Source of the DNA: Candidatus Falkowbacteria bacterium
GTDB taxonomy: Bacteria; Patescibacteriota; Patescibacteriia; CAIXNZ01
Direction of reading: 5' to 3'
Assembly: GCA_016927685.1 (NCBI GenBank)
Contig: JAFGMD010000024.1
Coordinates: 7,314-71,313 of the forward strand
DNA: 64,000 bases
The first letter of the stretch is position 1. Each line of letters starts with the position of its first letter. The notes below the pieces were generated by a model that was not told the origin of the DNA, ran no database searches, and was given only the letters and a program-made list of their open reading frames with translations. Positions 18,055 through 27,918 of the stretch are shown here, one piece after another. Made by a program: the position numbers and the translations under genes.

Positions 18055-19890
18055 ATGACCCCAGAAGACGAAAAAATAAATAAACAAACAGATAGCAAGG
18101 TAGTTAAGGTTGATGCCAAACCCATTGTTGAAAATAAAGAAATTGATAAAACTCGTATCGGCAATATTACGATTGATAAAATTGGCAGTTTAACATTAAA
18201 TATTGCCGCTGAACCCCTGAAAAAACGTTATGAAAAATATTATAAAAAAAATAAGCTCCACTTGCTAGTGGACTTGGTTTTGGCGGCTATTGTTATAATG
18301 CTACTGGGTAGCTTAGTAAATCTTTGGTTATTTAGCCGCGCTAAACTTTTTAATTTGATGGAATTCAGAGTAACTTCTAGCCCAGAAGCCTTGATTAATG
18401 GGCAAACAACAGAGTTCGTTATTGCATATTCTAATACAACAAATGATCAATTAACAAATGTTGCTTTAGTGCTCAAATTACCTGACAGCTTAAGAAATCC
18501 TCAATTTAATATTGATGGCTACGATACCAAAACTCATACCTTAAGAATTGGTGATATGCCTGCTAAGGCGCACGGTGAATTAATAGTAAAGGGGCTGCTT
18601 TTGGATAATTTTGACGCTAAGCAGGAATTTTTAGCGGTAATTAATTATAAAAATAAATATGGCCAGGATAGGCAGGAATTTTTTAATCAGGATTTTATTT
18701 TAAGCAATTCTGTCATTGAAACAAAAATTAATCTGCCCGAACGACTAATCGCCACATCTCCTTTTGACGGTAAATTTTCCATTAAAAATAATTCTGATTT
18801 AACATTTAAAAATTTAAAGGTTAAATTTGGCGACTCAAATACTTTTAGACTGATAAAATCTGAACTTGGCAAAATAGACGCGCAACCCTGGCCGATTGAC
18901 TCTTTGCCAAGGGACTTAGAAAAAAATTATAATTTTTCAGGCAAAGTATATATTGATAAGCCGCAAAATACTCCTATTATGATTGAAACATATGCAACTT
19001 ATGAAGATAAAGAATATTTAATCAGCAAAAGTACCGCGGTTGCCTGGACAGAGTTTGCTAGATTTATTATTGATTTTATTAATACGGAAAAAAATCAAAT
19101 TGCCAGCCCAGGTGATAGTACAACCTATACGATTCATTATAAAAATACAGAGAATGTCAGTCTGCAAAATGTTGAACTGGGAGTCGTGGTTAGGGGTGAA
19201 TATGCAGAGCAGGAAAAATATAGCGCTCTAAAAATAAATTTAATTGAACCTGGCCAAGAAGGGACCGCTGAAGTTAATGTCCCCATAAAACAAAACATTA
19301 ACTTTGATACATATAACGAAAATGGTTATAACCTTGAAGCTCGTGTTTTTGCTAATTATTCAGGCAACTCTATAGAAAGCTTGCCCCTGATGACTAAATT
19401 GAACTCTCGCCTGATCGTTAGCACCGCGGCTGTTTTTTTCACTTCTGAAGGCGACCAAATCGGCGTAGGCTCAGTACCGCCGAGAGTGGGAGAATATACC
19501 TCTTACTGGGCAGTTATAAAAGTAATGAATACTAATAATAAAGTGCGTGATACAAAATTGATTGCCCAACTTCCGGACGGTGTTGAATTCACAAATATTT
19601 ATAATGTTACGGCAGGCAATCAAATAATCCATCATGAAAATTCTAATCAAATAGAATGGCAAATTGAAGATATTCCTGTCTTGGCTGGATATTATAACCC
19701 TGCGCCAGAAGCTAGGATACAATTAGCCATAACTCCCACAGAATCACAAATGGGACAAACCCCGGCTTTATTATCCAGTATTTCTGTTTCGGCAACTGAT
19801 GATGCGACTGGCGCACTTATATCAGCGGCAGGCAAAAACATTACAACCGCAATTTCCAGCGATAATAGTTTAAATAAAGTCATTGAATAA
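18055..19890 (+). CDS. Membrane-anchored large cell-surface protein (hypothetical)
   Basis: Single TM (LVDLVLAAIVIMLLGSLVNLWLF) after a charged N-terminus, followed by a ~520-aa beta-rich extracellular region. Confidence 0.55.
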   Translation: MTPEDEKINKQTDSKVVKVDAKPIVENKEIDKTRIGNITIDKIGSLTLNIAAEPLKKRYEKYYKKNKLHLLVDLVLAAIVIMLLGSLVNLWLFSRAKLFNLMEFRVTSSPEALINGQTTEFVIAYSNTTNDQLTNVALVLKLPDSLRNPQFNIDGYDTKTHTLRIGDMPAKAHGELIVKGLLLDNFDAKQEFLAVINYKNKYGQDRQEFFNQDFILSNSVIETKINLPERLIATSPFDGKFSIKNNSDLTFKNLKVKFGDSNTFRLIKSELGKIDAQPWPIDSLPRDLEKNYNFSGKVYIDKPQNTPIMIETYATYEDKEYLISKSTAVAWTEFARFIIDFINTEKNQIASPGDSTTYTIHYKNTENVSLQNVELGVVVRGEYAEQEKYSALKINLIEPGQEGTAEVNVPIKQNINFDTYNENGYNLEARVFANYSGNSIESLPLMTKLNSRLIVSTAAVFFTSEGDQIGVGSVPPRVGEYTSYWAVIKVMNTNNKVRDTKLIAQLPDGVEFTNIYNVTAGNQIIHHENSNQIEWQIEDIPVLAGYYNPAPEARIQLAITPTESQMGQTPALLSSISVSATDDATGALISAAGKNITTAISSDNSLNKVIE

Positions 19891-19895
19891 CAAAA

Positions 19896-19921
19896 ACACC
19901 CCGCATAGGGGTGTTTTTTTA
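19896..19921 (+). terminator. Intrinsic terminator
   Basis: acaccccgcataggggtgt + TTTTTTT. Confidence 0.75.
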
Positions 19922-20092
19922 TTGCTTCTATTATTGACTTTTGGCCAAGTTTAAGCTACTATACTTATATTATTCACAAAAAATGAAAAATTATTCTCAA
20001 AAAATAAATAAAAAAATAATACGCTTTAGAACCCCCAGTACTTTTCGCGCCAATATTAAATTTAATAAACCTAATAAAATTAAATAAAAAAA

Positions 20093-21415
20093 ATGCAATA
20101 TAAATACGATGTCAAAAAGCTGCCTAAAAGCCAGCTGGAAATAAAAGTAACAATTCCTGCTAATGAGCTTGAGCCATTTTTAAATAAAGCTATTGAAAAC
20201 TTGTCTAGCCAAACTAAAATTGACGGCTTCCGCCCAGGCAAAGTGCCGTTGGAGATGCTTAAGAAAAAAGTGGGGGAAATGAAGATTTATGAAGAAGCTG
20301 CTGTTTTAGCCGTAGAAAAATCATATATAGAAATTGCCCAAAAAGAAAAATTTGAACCACTTGGCTCTCCAAAGGTAGATTTTGAAAAATTAGCTCCCCA
20401 AAACGATTTTATTTATAAAGCGACTGTTGATTTGATGCCAGCAATAAAAATTGGCGATCTCAAATCAATCAAGATTAAAGAGAAAGAAATAAATATAAGC
20501 GCCCAAGACATTGAAAAGGTTATTGAGGACTTGAGAAAGATGCGCGCCACAGAAGCTTTGGAAAGCAAAAAAGCGGAAAAGGGCGATAAAGTAGAAGTTG
20601 ATTTTGATATTCTGCGTAATAATGTATCAATTGACGGCGGAGCACAAAAAAAATACCCACTAATTATAGGCGAGGGTCAGTTTATCCCTGGCTTTGAAGA
20701 TAATTTGATTGGCTTAGAAGCGGGGTCAGACAAAGAATTTGAATTAATTTTTCCGGAAAAATACCATAACAAAAATTTGGCGGGCAAGCCAGCTAAATTT
20801 AAAGTAAAAATGTTAGCTGTCTACAAAAGAACCCTGCCAGAACTAAACGATGAATTTGCCAAAACTTTGGGTGCGCCAACAATTGCTGAATTAAAAAAAC
20901 AAATTGAACATAATTTAGAGCACGAAGAGCACCATAAAGAGGAGGAAAGGGTTGAAACGGAACTTTTAAACAAACTTATTGATAAATCTCAAGTGGGGGA
21001 AATACCTGATACTTTAATCAATAGCGAAGCCGCTAAAATGGTCCAAGAGCTACAAAGCAATGTGGCAATGCAAGGCCTAAAATTTGAGGATTACTTAAAA
21101 CATTTAAATAAAACTCCTGATCAATTAAAATTAGATTTTGCTCCCCAGGCTATTAAGAGAATTAAAGCTGCCCTAATAACCAGAACAATTTTCTTTAATG
21201 AAAAAATGGAAATTAGCGAAGCTGATACTGATAAAGAAATTGAAGCCATGAGCCACTATTACCAAAATAATCCAGATATTATTAAATCCTTAAAAACTCC
21301 TGAATACCGGGATTATATTAAAAATGTCATTGGCAACCGCAAGGTTATGGAATATTTAAAAACACTGTGCGTAGAAAGACCTGAAAAAAATAGTAAAATT
21401 GAACATAATCACTAA
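20093..21415 (+). CDS. tig: Trigger factor
   Basis: N-terminal ribosome-binding domain with ...IDGFRPGKVP..., central PPIase-like and C-terminal arm, 440 aa. Confidence 0.85.
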   Translation: MQYKYDVKKLPKSQLEIKVTIPANELEPFLNKAIENLSSQTKIDGFRPGKVPLEMLKKKVGEMKIYEEAAVLAVEKSYIEIAQKEKFEPLGSPKVDFEKLAPQNDFIYKATVDLMPAIKIGDLKSIKIKEKEINISAQDIEKVIEDLRKMRATEALESKKAEKGDKVEVDFDILRNNVSIDGGAQKKYPLIIGEGQFIPGFEDNLIGLEAGSDKEFELIFPEKYHNKNLAGKPAKFKVKMLAVYKRTLPELNDEFAKTLGAPTIAELKKQIEHNLEHEEHHKEEERVETELLNKLIDKSQVGEIPDTLINSEAAKMVQELQSNVAMQGLKFEDYLKHLNKTPDQLKLDFAPQAIKRIKAALITRTIFFNEKMEISEADTDKEIEAMSHYYQNNPDIIKSLKTPEYRDYIKNVIGNRKVMEYLKTLCVERPEKNSKIEHNH

Positions 21416-21475
21416 AAAACTGTCCCGCTCCGCGAGGCGGTTTTTTTATTTAAAATATAATGTTAAACTTAAGCC

Positions 21476-21982
21476 ATGCTAATAGCTCTTATATCCGACT
21501 CCCATGACAATTGGCCAAATGTTGAGAAGGCCATAAAATATATTAATAAAGAAAAAATTGCTACAATAATTCATTGCGGTGATGTTTGCGCTCCAGCAGT
21601 TTTGGAAGAAATGGCAAAATTATTTGCAGGGGACAGAATTCATTTAGTTAAAGGCAATGTTGATGGTGATATCGAAGGCTTCCGAAGAAAGGCAAAAGAT
21701 AATACTAAAATTAATTACCAAGGCAATACAGGTAAATTAGAAATTGATAATTTAACAATAGTTTTTTGTCATGATCCGTTTTTGGCTAAAAAAATGGCTG
21801 AAACGCAAAAATATGATTTTGCTTTTTATGGTCATACGCACAAACCCTGGCAGGAAAAAATTGGTAAAACAGAACTAATTAACCCGGGGACTTTAGCTGG
21901 TCTTTTTACTAAGGCGACCTTTGCTATTTTTGATACTATAACGAAAAAAGCCCAACTGATCCTTTTGGAAAAAATAAAATAA
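21476..21982 (+). CDS. Metallophosphoesterase (YfcE/MJ0936 family)
   Basis: Carries DSHDN, GD and GHTH metal-binding motifs; 168 aa. Confidence 0.75.
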   Translation: MLIALISDSHDNWPNVEKAIKYINKEKIATIIHCGDVCAPAVLEEMAKLFAGDRIHLVKGNVDGDIEGFRRKAKDNTKINYQGNTGKLEIDNLTIVFCHDPFLAKKMAETQKYDFAFYGHTHKPWQEKIGKTELINPGTLAGLFTKATFAIFDTITKKAQLILLEKIK

Positions 21983-21991
21983 AACGCCCCA

Positions 21992-22195
21992 CTAAGTGGA
22001 GCGTTTTCCCCTCTCTAAAAGCTTTTCTACATACCATACTTTTTGGCATAAAGTGCATTTTAACCTGAAAAGGTCAAATGCTTTTAGCTTGCCCCTGCAG
22101 TTGGGGCATTTCTTTTTAAGGGCTTTTTTTTGTTTTCTGTAAATTGCATTATACATCCGATACATCGCCGCATCCCGCTTTGACAGCCCACTCAT
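21992..22195 (-). CDS. Small zinc-ribbon protein
   Basis: Two CxxC pairs (CPNCRG...CTLCQK); 67 aa. Confidence 0.45.
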   Translation of the reverse strand: MSGLSKRDAAMYRMYNAIYRKQKKALKKKCPNCRGKLKAFDLFRLKCTLCQKVWYVEKLLERGKRST

Positions 22196-22288
22196 TTTCC
22201 GCTTCCTCCTTTTTGGTTTTTGGTAAATATTTTTTTCTAAAATCTGATATAATAATACTATACTTAAAAATTAATTTATACAAGATCT

Positions 22289-22741
22289 ATGTATGACATC
22301 TTAATAATATTGGCTAAGTTGCTTTTAGCCATTATATTGGGCGCAATAATCGGTTACGAGCGAGAATCCATAGGGAAGCCGGCTGGATCTAGAACATATG
22401 CCCTAATCGCTCTTGGCTCTGCTTTATTTACTATTCTTTCAGTAGATGGATTTGGCAAATTGCCCAATGGCAATCCCACCTCTATGATGGGCCAAATATT
22501 AATTGGTATAGGTTTTATTGGCGCTGGCTTGATTGTTTATCATAAGCATCATGTTGAGGGCCTAACTACTGCCTCTGCTCTCTGGTCAATCGCTGCTATT
22601 GGTATTGCCGTTGGCTTGGGCTGGTATGTTGTCGCTATTATTGCCTCCTTGTTGGTTTTCCTTCTTTTATTTATTGTTAGAAGGGTAGAATTTGAAAAAA
22701 ATAAAAAGAAAACACTATGGTCTTTATTCGACAAGAAATAA
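22289..22741 (+). CDS. MgtC/SapB family membrane protein
   Basis: N-terminal GAIIGYERE and LIALGSALFT motifs typical of the MgtC family; four TM helices. Confidence 0.6.
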   Translation: MYDILIILAKLLLAIILGAIIGYERESIGKPAGSRTYALIALGSALFTILSVDGFGKLPNGNPTSMMGQILIGIGFIGAGLIVYHKHHVEGLTTASALWSIAAIGIAVGLGWYVVAIIASLLVFLLLFIVRRVEFEKNKKKTLWSLFDKK

Positions 22742-23505
22742 TTGATAAAATAAAAAAATTAACAAGGAACGCCGGGCAAATTTTGCTCAAAAATTTTAAT
22801 TTGCCAAAACAAAATCATGCCAAATTTAAAAGTAAGCATGAGATCTTGACCACTGCCGACTTGATTGCTGAAAAAATAATTATTAATAAGCTAAAAAAAC
22901 TTACTCCTAATTTTCGCATTCTCTCTGAGGAATCTGGCGATAATAAAAAGAAAAGCGATTTTCTATGGACCGTTGATCCCTTAGACGGCACAACCAACTA
23001 TTACATGGGCAATCCGCTTTTTGCTGTGCAAATAGCTTTAGTTTATAAAAATGAACCCATTTTGGCATTTATTTACTCTCCTTATATCAAGGAGTTTTAT
23101 TTTGCCCAAAAAAATAAAGGGGCTTTCTTAAATGGCAAAAAAATTCATGTTTCAAATAAAAAATTTAAAACCGCTCTTTTAACATTTTGCCATGGTTCAA
23201 CAAAATCAGATGTGCTTAGGGCTATTAAAATTTATGAGCATTTTAAATTAGCCAGTTTTGACATTAGACAAATCGGTTCGGCTGCTTTAGAATTCGCCTG
23301 GGTAGCCAAGGGACGCACTGAATGCTATATTTCGCCTGGCCATCGGCTTTGGGATATTGTGCCAGGCGCATTAATTGTGCGTGAAGCCGGCGGCAGAATT
23401 TATGATTTTAAAGGAAATAGCTGGAATCTAGTAAAATCAAAAGCTATTTTTGCTTCAAACGGCATTATTGATAATAAAGTTTTAAATTTTTTGAAAAAAC
23501 TATAA
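22717..23505 (+). CDS. Inositol monophosphatase family protein
   Basis: WTVDPLDGTTNY metal-binding motif plus the C-terminal WD..A pattern. Confidence 0.8.
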   Translation: MVFIRQEIIDKIKKLTRNAGQILLKNFNLPKQNHAKFKSKHEILTTADLIAEKIIINKLKKLTPNFRILSEESGDNKKKSDFLWTVDPLDGTTNYYMGNPLFAVQIALVYKNEPILAFIYSPYIKEFYFAQKNKGAFLNGKKIHVSNKKFKTALLTFCHGSTKSDVLRAIKIYEHFKLASFDIRQIGSAALEFAWVAKGRTECYISPGHRLWDIVPGALIVREAGGRIYDFKGNSWNLVKSKAIFASNGIIDNKVLNFLKKL

Positions 23506-24122
23506 TGACCCTTGTTTTAAAAATTCATCCTGATCACCCGGAGATAAAAAAAATAGAACGTGTAGTAGAAATATTAAAATCGGATGGAATTTTTGTTTAT
23601 CCCACTGACACTATTTATGGCTTAGGTTGCGATATTTTTAACAAAGAAGCGGTGGAAAAAATTTATCAATTAAAAGGCAGGGATAGAAGAAAACCATTAA
23701 GTATTATTTGTTCTGATATTAAAGAAGCGGCCAAATATGCGATTATTCAAGATTATGCTTATCGGCTTATGAAAAAAGTTTTACCTGGCCCTTATACCTT
23801 TGTCCTAAAAGCCAGAAGTGAAATCCCCAAAACTTTTTTACCAAAAAATAGAACAGTTGGTATCCGAATTCCTAATAATCAAATCTGTCTAGAAGCTGCC
23901 AAAAAATTAGGCAACCCAATTATTACCACAAGCTTAAATATCTCGGGTCAAGAAGTTATGGCTAGCCCCAGCCAACTAAGTAAAGAGCTAACCAATAAAA
24001 TTGATGTAATTATTGACGCGGGTGTGCTGCCTCGGCAACCATCTTCAATTATTGACCTTAGTGGGGATAAGCCAATAATTTTACGCGAGGGATTGGGTGA
24101 TTTAACATTATTTAAATACTAA
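23505..24122 (+). CDS. tsaC: L-threonylcarbamoyladenylate synthase (TsaC/YrdC/Sua5 family)
   Basis: GIFVYPTDTIYGLGCD...KGR...KPLSII is the YrdC-domain signature. Confidence 0.8.
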   Translation: MTLVLKIHPDHPEIKKIERVVEILKSDGIFVYPTDTIYGLGCDIFNKEAVEKIYQLKGRDRRKPLSIICSDIKEAAKYAIIQDYAYRLMKKVLPGPYTFVLKARSEIPKTFLPKNRTVGIRIPNNQICLEAAKKLGNPIITTSLNISGQEVMASPSQLSKELTNKIDVIIDAGVLPRQPSSIIDLSGDKPIILREGLGDLTLFKY

Positions 24123-24123
24123 T

Positions 24124-24402
24124 ATGAAAAAAACTTTAATTATTATTATTATCTTTTTAGTTTTTGCTGTTGGTGTGGCCTTGGCATTTGCCACCTTCTT
24201 TAACCCAAAAAAAGTTATTACTCAGCGCTTTAATGAATGTGTTTTAATGCGAGACAAAATGACTGGCGTTGTCGGCTGTTTTGGCTGCGCCAATAATATT
24301 TGCAAGGACGCCCCGGAAAACTGGGTAATTTATCAGAACCCAGAGATTGGCATCCCTTATGCTTGTGTACCCGAAGAAACCGGCTGTGAATTAAAACAAT
24401 AG
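24124..24402 (+). CDS. Small secreted/membrane-anchored Cys-rich protein (hypothetical)
   Basis: N-terminal TM/signal followed by six Cys (CVLM...CFGCANNIC...CVPEETGC). Confidence 0.45.
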   Translation: MKKTLIIIIIFLVFAVGVALAFATFFNPKKVITQRFNECVLMRDKMTGVVGCFGCANNICKDAPENWVIYQNPEIGIPYACVPEETGCELKQ

Positions 24403-24404
24403 CT

Positions 24405-24647
24405 ATGCAAAAAATTTATAGCATAAAAGTCCTGCCTGGTTCTAAGGTAAATAAAATTATTGAGCAAAAGCAAAATTATTTGAAGATTAAATTAAGCGCT
24501 CCTGCATACGAAGGCAAAGCAAACCTGTCTTTAATTAAATTTTTAAGTGCATGTTTTAATATTTCTAAAAATAAAATTAAAATTATCTCTGGGCTCAAGT
24601 CTAGAGATAAAAAGGTTAGTCTTAATATAAATATTGACAAAAGATAA
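24405..24647 (+). CDS. DUF167/YggU-family protein
   Basis: ...EGKANLSLIKFLS...ISKNKIKIISGLKSRDKKV matches the YggU pattern; 80 aa. Confidence 0.65.
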   Translation: MQKIYSIKVLPGSKVNKIIEQKQNYLKIKLSAPAYEGKANLSLIKFLSACFNISKNKIKIISGLKSRDKKVSLNINIDKR

Positions 24648-24706
24648 AAAGGAGAATAAGGTAAAAATAACCCGCTTTTAATAAATGGCGGGAAAGGAGG
24701 AGGAAG

Positions 24707-25240
24707 ATGCGCAAATTGTTTGTTGGTCTTATGGTCATGTGCTTACTAACCCTGATTTCAGCTGAAACAAAGCACGAGCAGGAAATCAACAGCAAAAAAG
24801 TCGGCATCAAACTGGTTACGCCAGTGGATTGGACATATGATGAAAACAAATGTGACCCATTACTTAGCCTTTATTCGCCAGAAACCAAGGAACACCCCCA
24901 CAAGACTCTTGATTTGGAAAAGGGCTTGAAAATGGAGCTGGCACTCGGACTTAACGAAACGCGCTTTATGGAAGCCATGAAGGGCGTAAAAGCTGAAAAA
25001 TTTACTACACTCGTCAATATTAAGGACAAAGATTTCACGGCTATTTATCTTGAAAAAGGCACTTATGGCAGCGGCAGAGAAATGCTTTGCTTACATGCGC
25101 TTTTAAAAAATAAGGAAAAAAGCGTTTGGGTCATCGGCTATATCCCAGAGAAAGAAAAGCTTAACGAATACGCGGAAAAATATACGCTCATCCTTGCTTC
25201 AATTGAATTTCTTAAACAAACCAAGAGCGACTCTAAGTGA
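24707..25240 (+). CDS. Hypothetical secreted protein
   Basis: Strong RBS ggaaaggaggaggaag and signal peptide MRKLFVGLMVMCLLTLISA. Confidence 0.55.
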   Translation: MRKLFVGLMVMCLLTLISAETKHEQEINSKKVGIKLVTPVDWTYDENKCDPLLSLYSPETKEHPHKTLDLEKGLKMELALGLNETRFMEAMKGVKAEKFTTLVNIKDKDFTAIYLEKGTYGSGREMLCLHALLKNKEKSVWVIGYIPEKEKLNEYAEKYTLILASIEFLKQTKSDSK

Positions 25241-25251
25241 GTCGCTCTTTT
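25224..25251. terminator. Bidirectional intrinsic terminator (24707..25240 / yidD)
   Basis: Perfect hairpin agagcgactc taagt gagtcgctct + TTTT, overlapping the stop codon. Confidence 0.7.
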
Positions 25252-25274
25252 ATATTTATCTTTATAATATTTGA

Positions 25275-25538
25275 TCAAGGCACCGGATCGTGACCGCCCT
25301 TGGCAAGGGGATGACAGCGTATTAAGCGTTTTAACCCTAGCCAACCACCTTTAATCACGCCGTATTTGGCTATTGCTTCATATGTATATTGACTGCAAGA
25401 AGGATAAAAACGACAACCCCAAAAAGGGAATATCTTGGCTAAGGGACTGTGATCAAAAGAAAGTGTTTTTTGATAAGCTCTTATGGCGAATAATACTGGG
25501 ATTCTTGCTTGAAAAATAATTTTTGAATATAAATTCAT
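25275..25538 (-). CDS. yidD: Membrane protein insertion efficiency factor YidD
   Basis: ...YQKTLS...[17 protein letters not shown] is the YidD signature, in the rnpA-yidD context. Confidence 0.85.
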   Translation of the reverse strand: MNLYSKIIFQARIPVLFAIRAYQKTLSFDHSPLAKIFPFWGCRFYPSCSQYTYEAIAKYGVIKGGWLGLKRLIRCHPLAKGGHDPVP

Positions 25539-25888
25539 ATTAATTTTACCTTTTTAAACGCACCCAACAAATTTTTCTCGATTTCTTCATATGTTGCTGT
25601 TTTGCCTAAATTATTTATTATCTTGGGAGACACAATAACAACTATATCATACCCTTTTGCTATTTTAGCTAAATTTAAGCGCACAATTTCACTAATTCGG
25701 CGCTTAATCAAGTTTCTTTTTGTTGCTTTTTTGCTGACTTTTGTGGAAACAACAATAGCAAAACGAGGATAAGGCAAACTATTTTGCTTATATTTTATTA
25801 TTAAAAACAAAAAATAAACCGGCTTACCATGCTTCATTAGCGCTCCAATGTCCTTTTTTTTGGTTAAACGGTTTATTTTTTTTAACAT
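25535..25888 (-). CDS. rnpA: Ribonuclease P protein component
   Basis: Basic 117-aa protein between rpmH and yidD (KINRL.K..D...[23 protein letters not shown]). Confidence 0.85.
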   Translation of the reverse strand: MLKKINRLTKKKDIGALMKHGKPVYFLFLIIKYKQNSLPYPRFAIVVSTKVSKKATKRNLIKRRISEIVRLNLAKIAKGYDIVVIVSPKIINNLGKTATYEEIEKNLLGAFKKVKLI

Positions 25889-25898
25889 AGATTAAAAT

Positions 25899-26060
25899 TT
25901 ATTTTTTTCCTTTTCTTTCAGTTGAAACTGTTAAGCTGTGTCGGCCCCTTGCCCTTCGTCTTTTTAATACAATTCTGCCCTTTTTGCTTTTCATGCGGGC
26001 GCGGAAGCCATGAGTCTTTACTCTTTTTCTCTTTTTTGGCTGATAAGTTCTTTTTGGCAT
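25899..26060 (-). CDS. rpmH: 50S ribosomal protein L34 (missed by the >=60-aa ORF track)
   Basis: Minus-strand translation [53 protein letters not shown]. Conserved rpmH-rnpA-yidD order next to dnaA. Confidence 0.85.
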   Translation of the reverse strand: MPKRTYQPKKRKRVKTHGFRARMKSKKGRIVLKRRRARGRHSLTVSTERKGKK

Positions 26061-26093
26061 AAACTTTTAAAATTATAGTAAAATTATATAAAA

Positions 26094-26122
26094 ATAATAG
26101 CAGTTGTGGAAATATTTGTCAA
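26094..26122 (-). promoter_or_regulatory. Consensus sigma70 promoter for rpmH (TTGACA-17-TATTAT)
   Basis: Minus-strand TTGACA 26117-26122, 17-nt spacer containing a DnaA-box-like TTTCCACAA, -10 at 26094-26099. Confidence 0.6.
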
Positions 26123-26153
26123 AATAAAAATAATGTATTAAGATAAATCCACA
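26104..26153. promoter_or_regulatory. Degenerate DnaA boxes in the rpmH-dnaA intergenic region (oriC candidate part 1)
   Basis: TTGTGGAAA (26104-26112) and TAAATCCACA (26144-26153) match TTATCCACA with 1-2 mismatches; AT-rich surroundings. Confidence 0.4.
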
Positions 26154-26266
26154 ATTTATTAACACTCTATAAACATTTGAAGGATTGCGGATGATTTTTA
26201 GTTGTGTATTTTTATGATATTATTTTTATATAAAACAAAAATCACAATTAACTTATTTGGGGAACT

Positions 26267-27655
26267 ATGAATACCCAACAAATTTGGCAAGCAGTGCTTG
26301 GTGAATTAGAACTCGGCTTGTCTAAGGCTAATTTTACCACATGGTTCAAGGGCACCTTTATATTAGAGCTCGAGGAACCCAAGGTTGTAATTGGCGTACC
26401 CAATGCTTTCACCAAAAGTTGGCTGGAAAAAAAATATACTTCTGACATAATTAAGGCTCTTAGAAATATCACGGAAAGCAACTTAAGAGAAATAATATTT
26501 AAAGTTGCTTCTTTAAAAAATATACAAAAGGAATCTGCCGAATTTAATAAAGAAGAGTCTCCCATGCAAAACAGACCTGTAATTTCTGTTGACTCTATCT
26601 CCAAGCGTCAAGCTCCTGTAAATAATTTTGGGCTAAACCCAAAATATACGTTTTCAACATTTGTGGTTGGCAAGAATAATGAACTGGCCCGTGCCGCAGC
26701 CATGGCTGTAGCCGGTAACCCGGGCGTTACTTACAACCCTCTTTTTATTTATGGAGGCGCTGGATTGGGGAAAACCCATTTATTACAAGCAATAGGCCAT
26801 GATATTGCCGCCCGAAATTTAGATAAAAAGGTCCTTTATTTAACCTGTGAAAAATTTACTAATGATTTTGTGAATGCCATGACTGCCGGTCACGGACGCG
26901 CTAACGACTTTAAGGACATATATCGTAATGTTGATGTTCTGTTAATCGATGACATTCAATTTATAGCAGGTAAGGAAGGAACTCAAGAAGAATTTTTCCA
27001 TACATTTAACGTTTTACACCAAAACAATAAACAAATCGTTTTGTCTTCGGATCGTCCGCCAAAATCCATTCCAGCGCTAGAAAACCGACTTTTAACTCGT
27101 TTTGAGTGGGGGATGATAGCTGATATATCTTTACCTGATTATGAAACCAGGCTAGCTATTTTAAAAAGCAAAACGCAAGAAAAAAATTATTCTCTAGACC
27201 AAGCTGTTTTAAATTATTTAGCCAATTCTATAGCTTCTAATATCAGAGAGCTGGAAGGCGCTTTAAACCGCATCGTTGCTTATCATCAATTAAATGGTCT
27301 GCCTCCGACTCTGGAAAGCGTGAAAAAAATATTGGCCACCCTGACAACAAACTTGCAAAAACGTTCCTTGACCGCTAAAGACATCATCCAAACCGTGGCT
27401 AATTTTTATGACGTCACAATTGATGATATTACTGGCAAGTCCCGCGAAAAAAAATTAGTTGTTCCGCGACAAATAATTATGTTTCTAATGAGAAACGAGA
27501 CCAAAAGCTCTTTCCCCGCGATTGGTACGGAGTTGGGGGGGCGCGACCATACAACAGCCATGCATGCAGTGGAAAAAATTCAAAACGATTATGATAATGA
27601 TGAAAAAATACGCAGGGAAATCGAACAACTTAAACAAAGAATGTATAATTTATAA
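26267..27655 (+). CDS. dnaA: Chromosomal replication initiator DnaA
   Basis: AAA+ Walker A GGAGLGKTHLLQAIGH, sensor motifs and a C-terminal DNA-binding domain (...TGKSREKKLVVPRQIIMFLMRNETKSSFPAIG...). Confidence 0.95.
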   Translation: MNTQQIWQAVLGELELGLSKANFTTWFKGTFILELEEPKVVIGVPNAFTKSWLEKKYTSDIIKALRNITESNLREIIFKVASLKNIQKESAEFNKEESPMQNRPVISVDSISKRQAPVNNFGLNPKYTFSTFVVGKNNELARAAAMAVAGNPGVTYNPLFIYGGAGLGKTHLLQAIGHDIAARNLDKKVLYLTCEKFTNDFVNAMTAGHGRANDFKDIYRNVDVLLIDDIQFIAGKEGTQEEFFHTFNVLHQNNKQIVLSSDRPPKSIPALENRLLTRFEWGMIADISLPDYETRLAILKSKTQEKNYSLDQAVLNYLANSIASNIRELEGALNRIVAYHQLNGLPPTLESVKKILATLTTNLQKRSLTAKDIIQTVANFYDVTIDDITGKSREKKLVVPRQIIMFLMRNETKSSFPAIGTELGGRDHTTAMHAVEKIQNDYDNDEKIRREIEQLKQRMYNL

Positions 27656-27918
27656 TTACCTGTGTTTATTTTGGGGGAAAAGTATAATATTTTTGTGAAA
27701 AAGTTATGTAAATAAAAAGGATGAGGTCTGTAAATTTTTTTCTTTTCTCCTATATATTAAATTTACTCAAAACCCTTCCCCACAAAACCCACAAGCAAAT
27801 AAAATTTTTTTACACATCTTTTCAATATATATTTTTCAAAAATTCATAACAATAAACATATTTCTTCCCCTTATCCACAATACTATATAATATAACTATT
27901 TAATTTAATACAAAAATT
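27656..27918. promoter_or_regulatory. dnaA-dnaN intergenic region: probable oriC/DUE with a perfect DnaA box
   Basis: Perfect TTATCCACA at 27871-27879; partial boxes (cccacaa) at ~27776-27800; very AT-rich. Confidence 0.5.
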
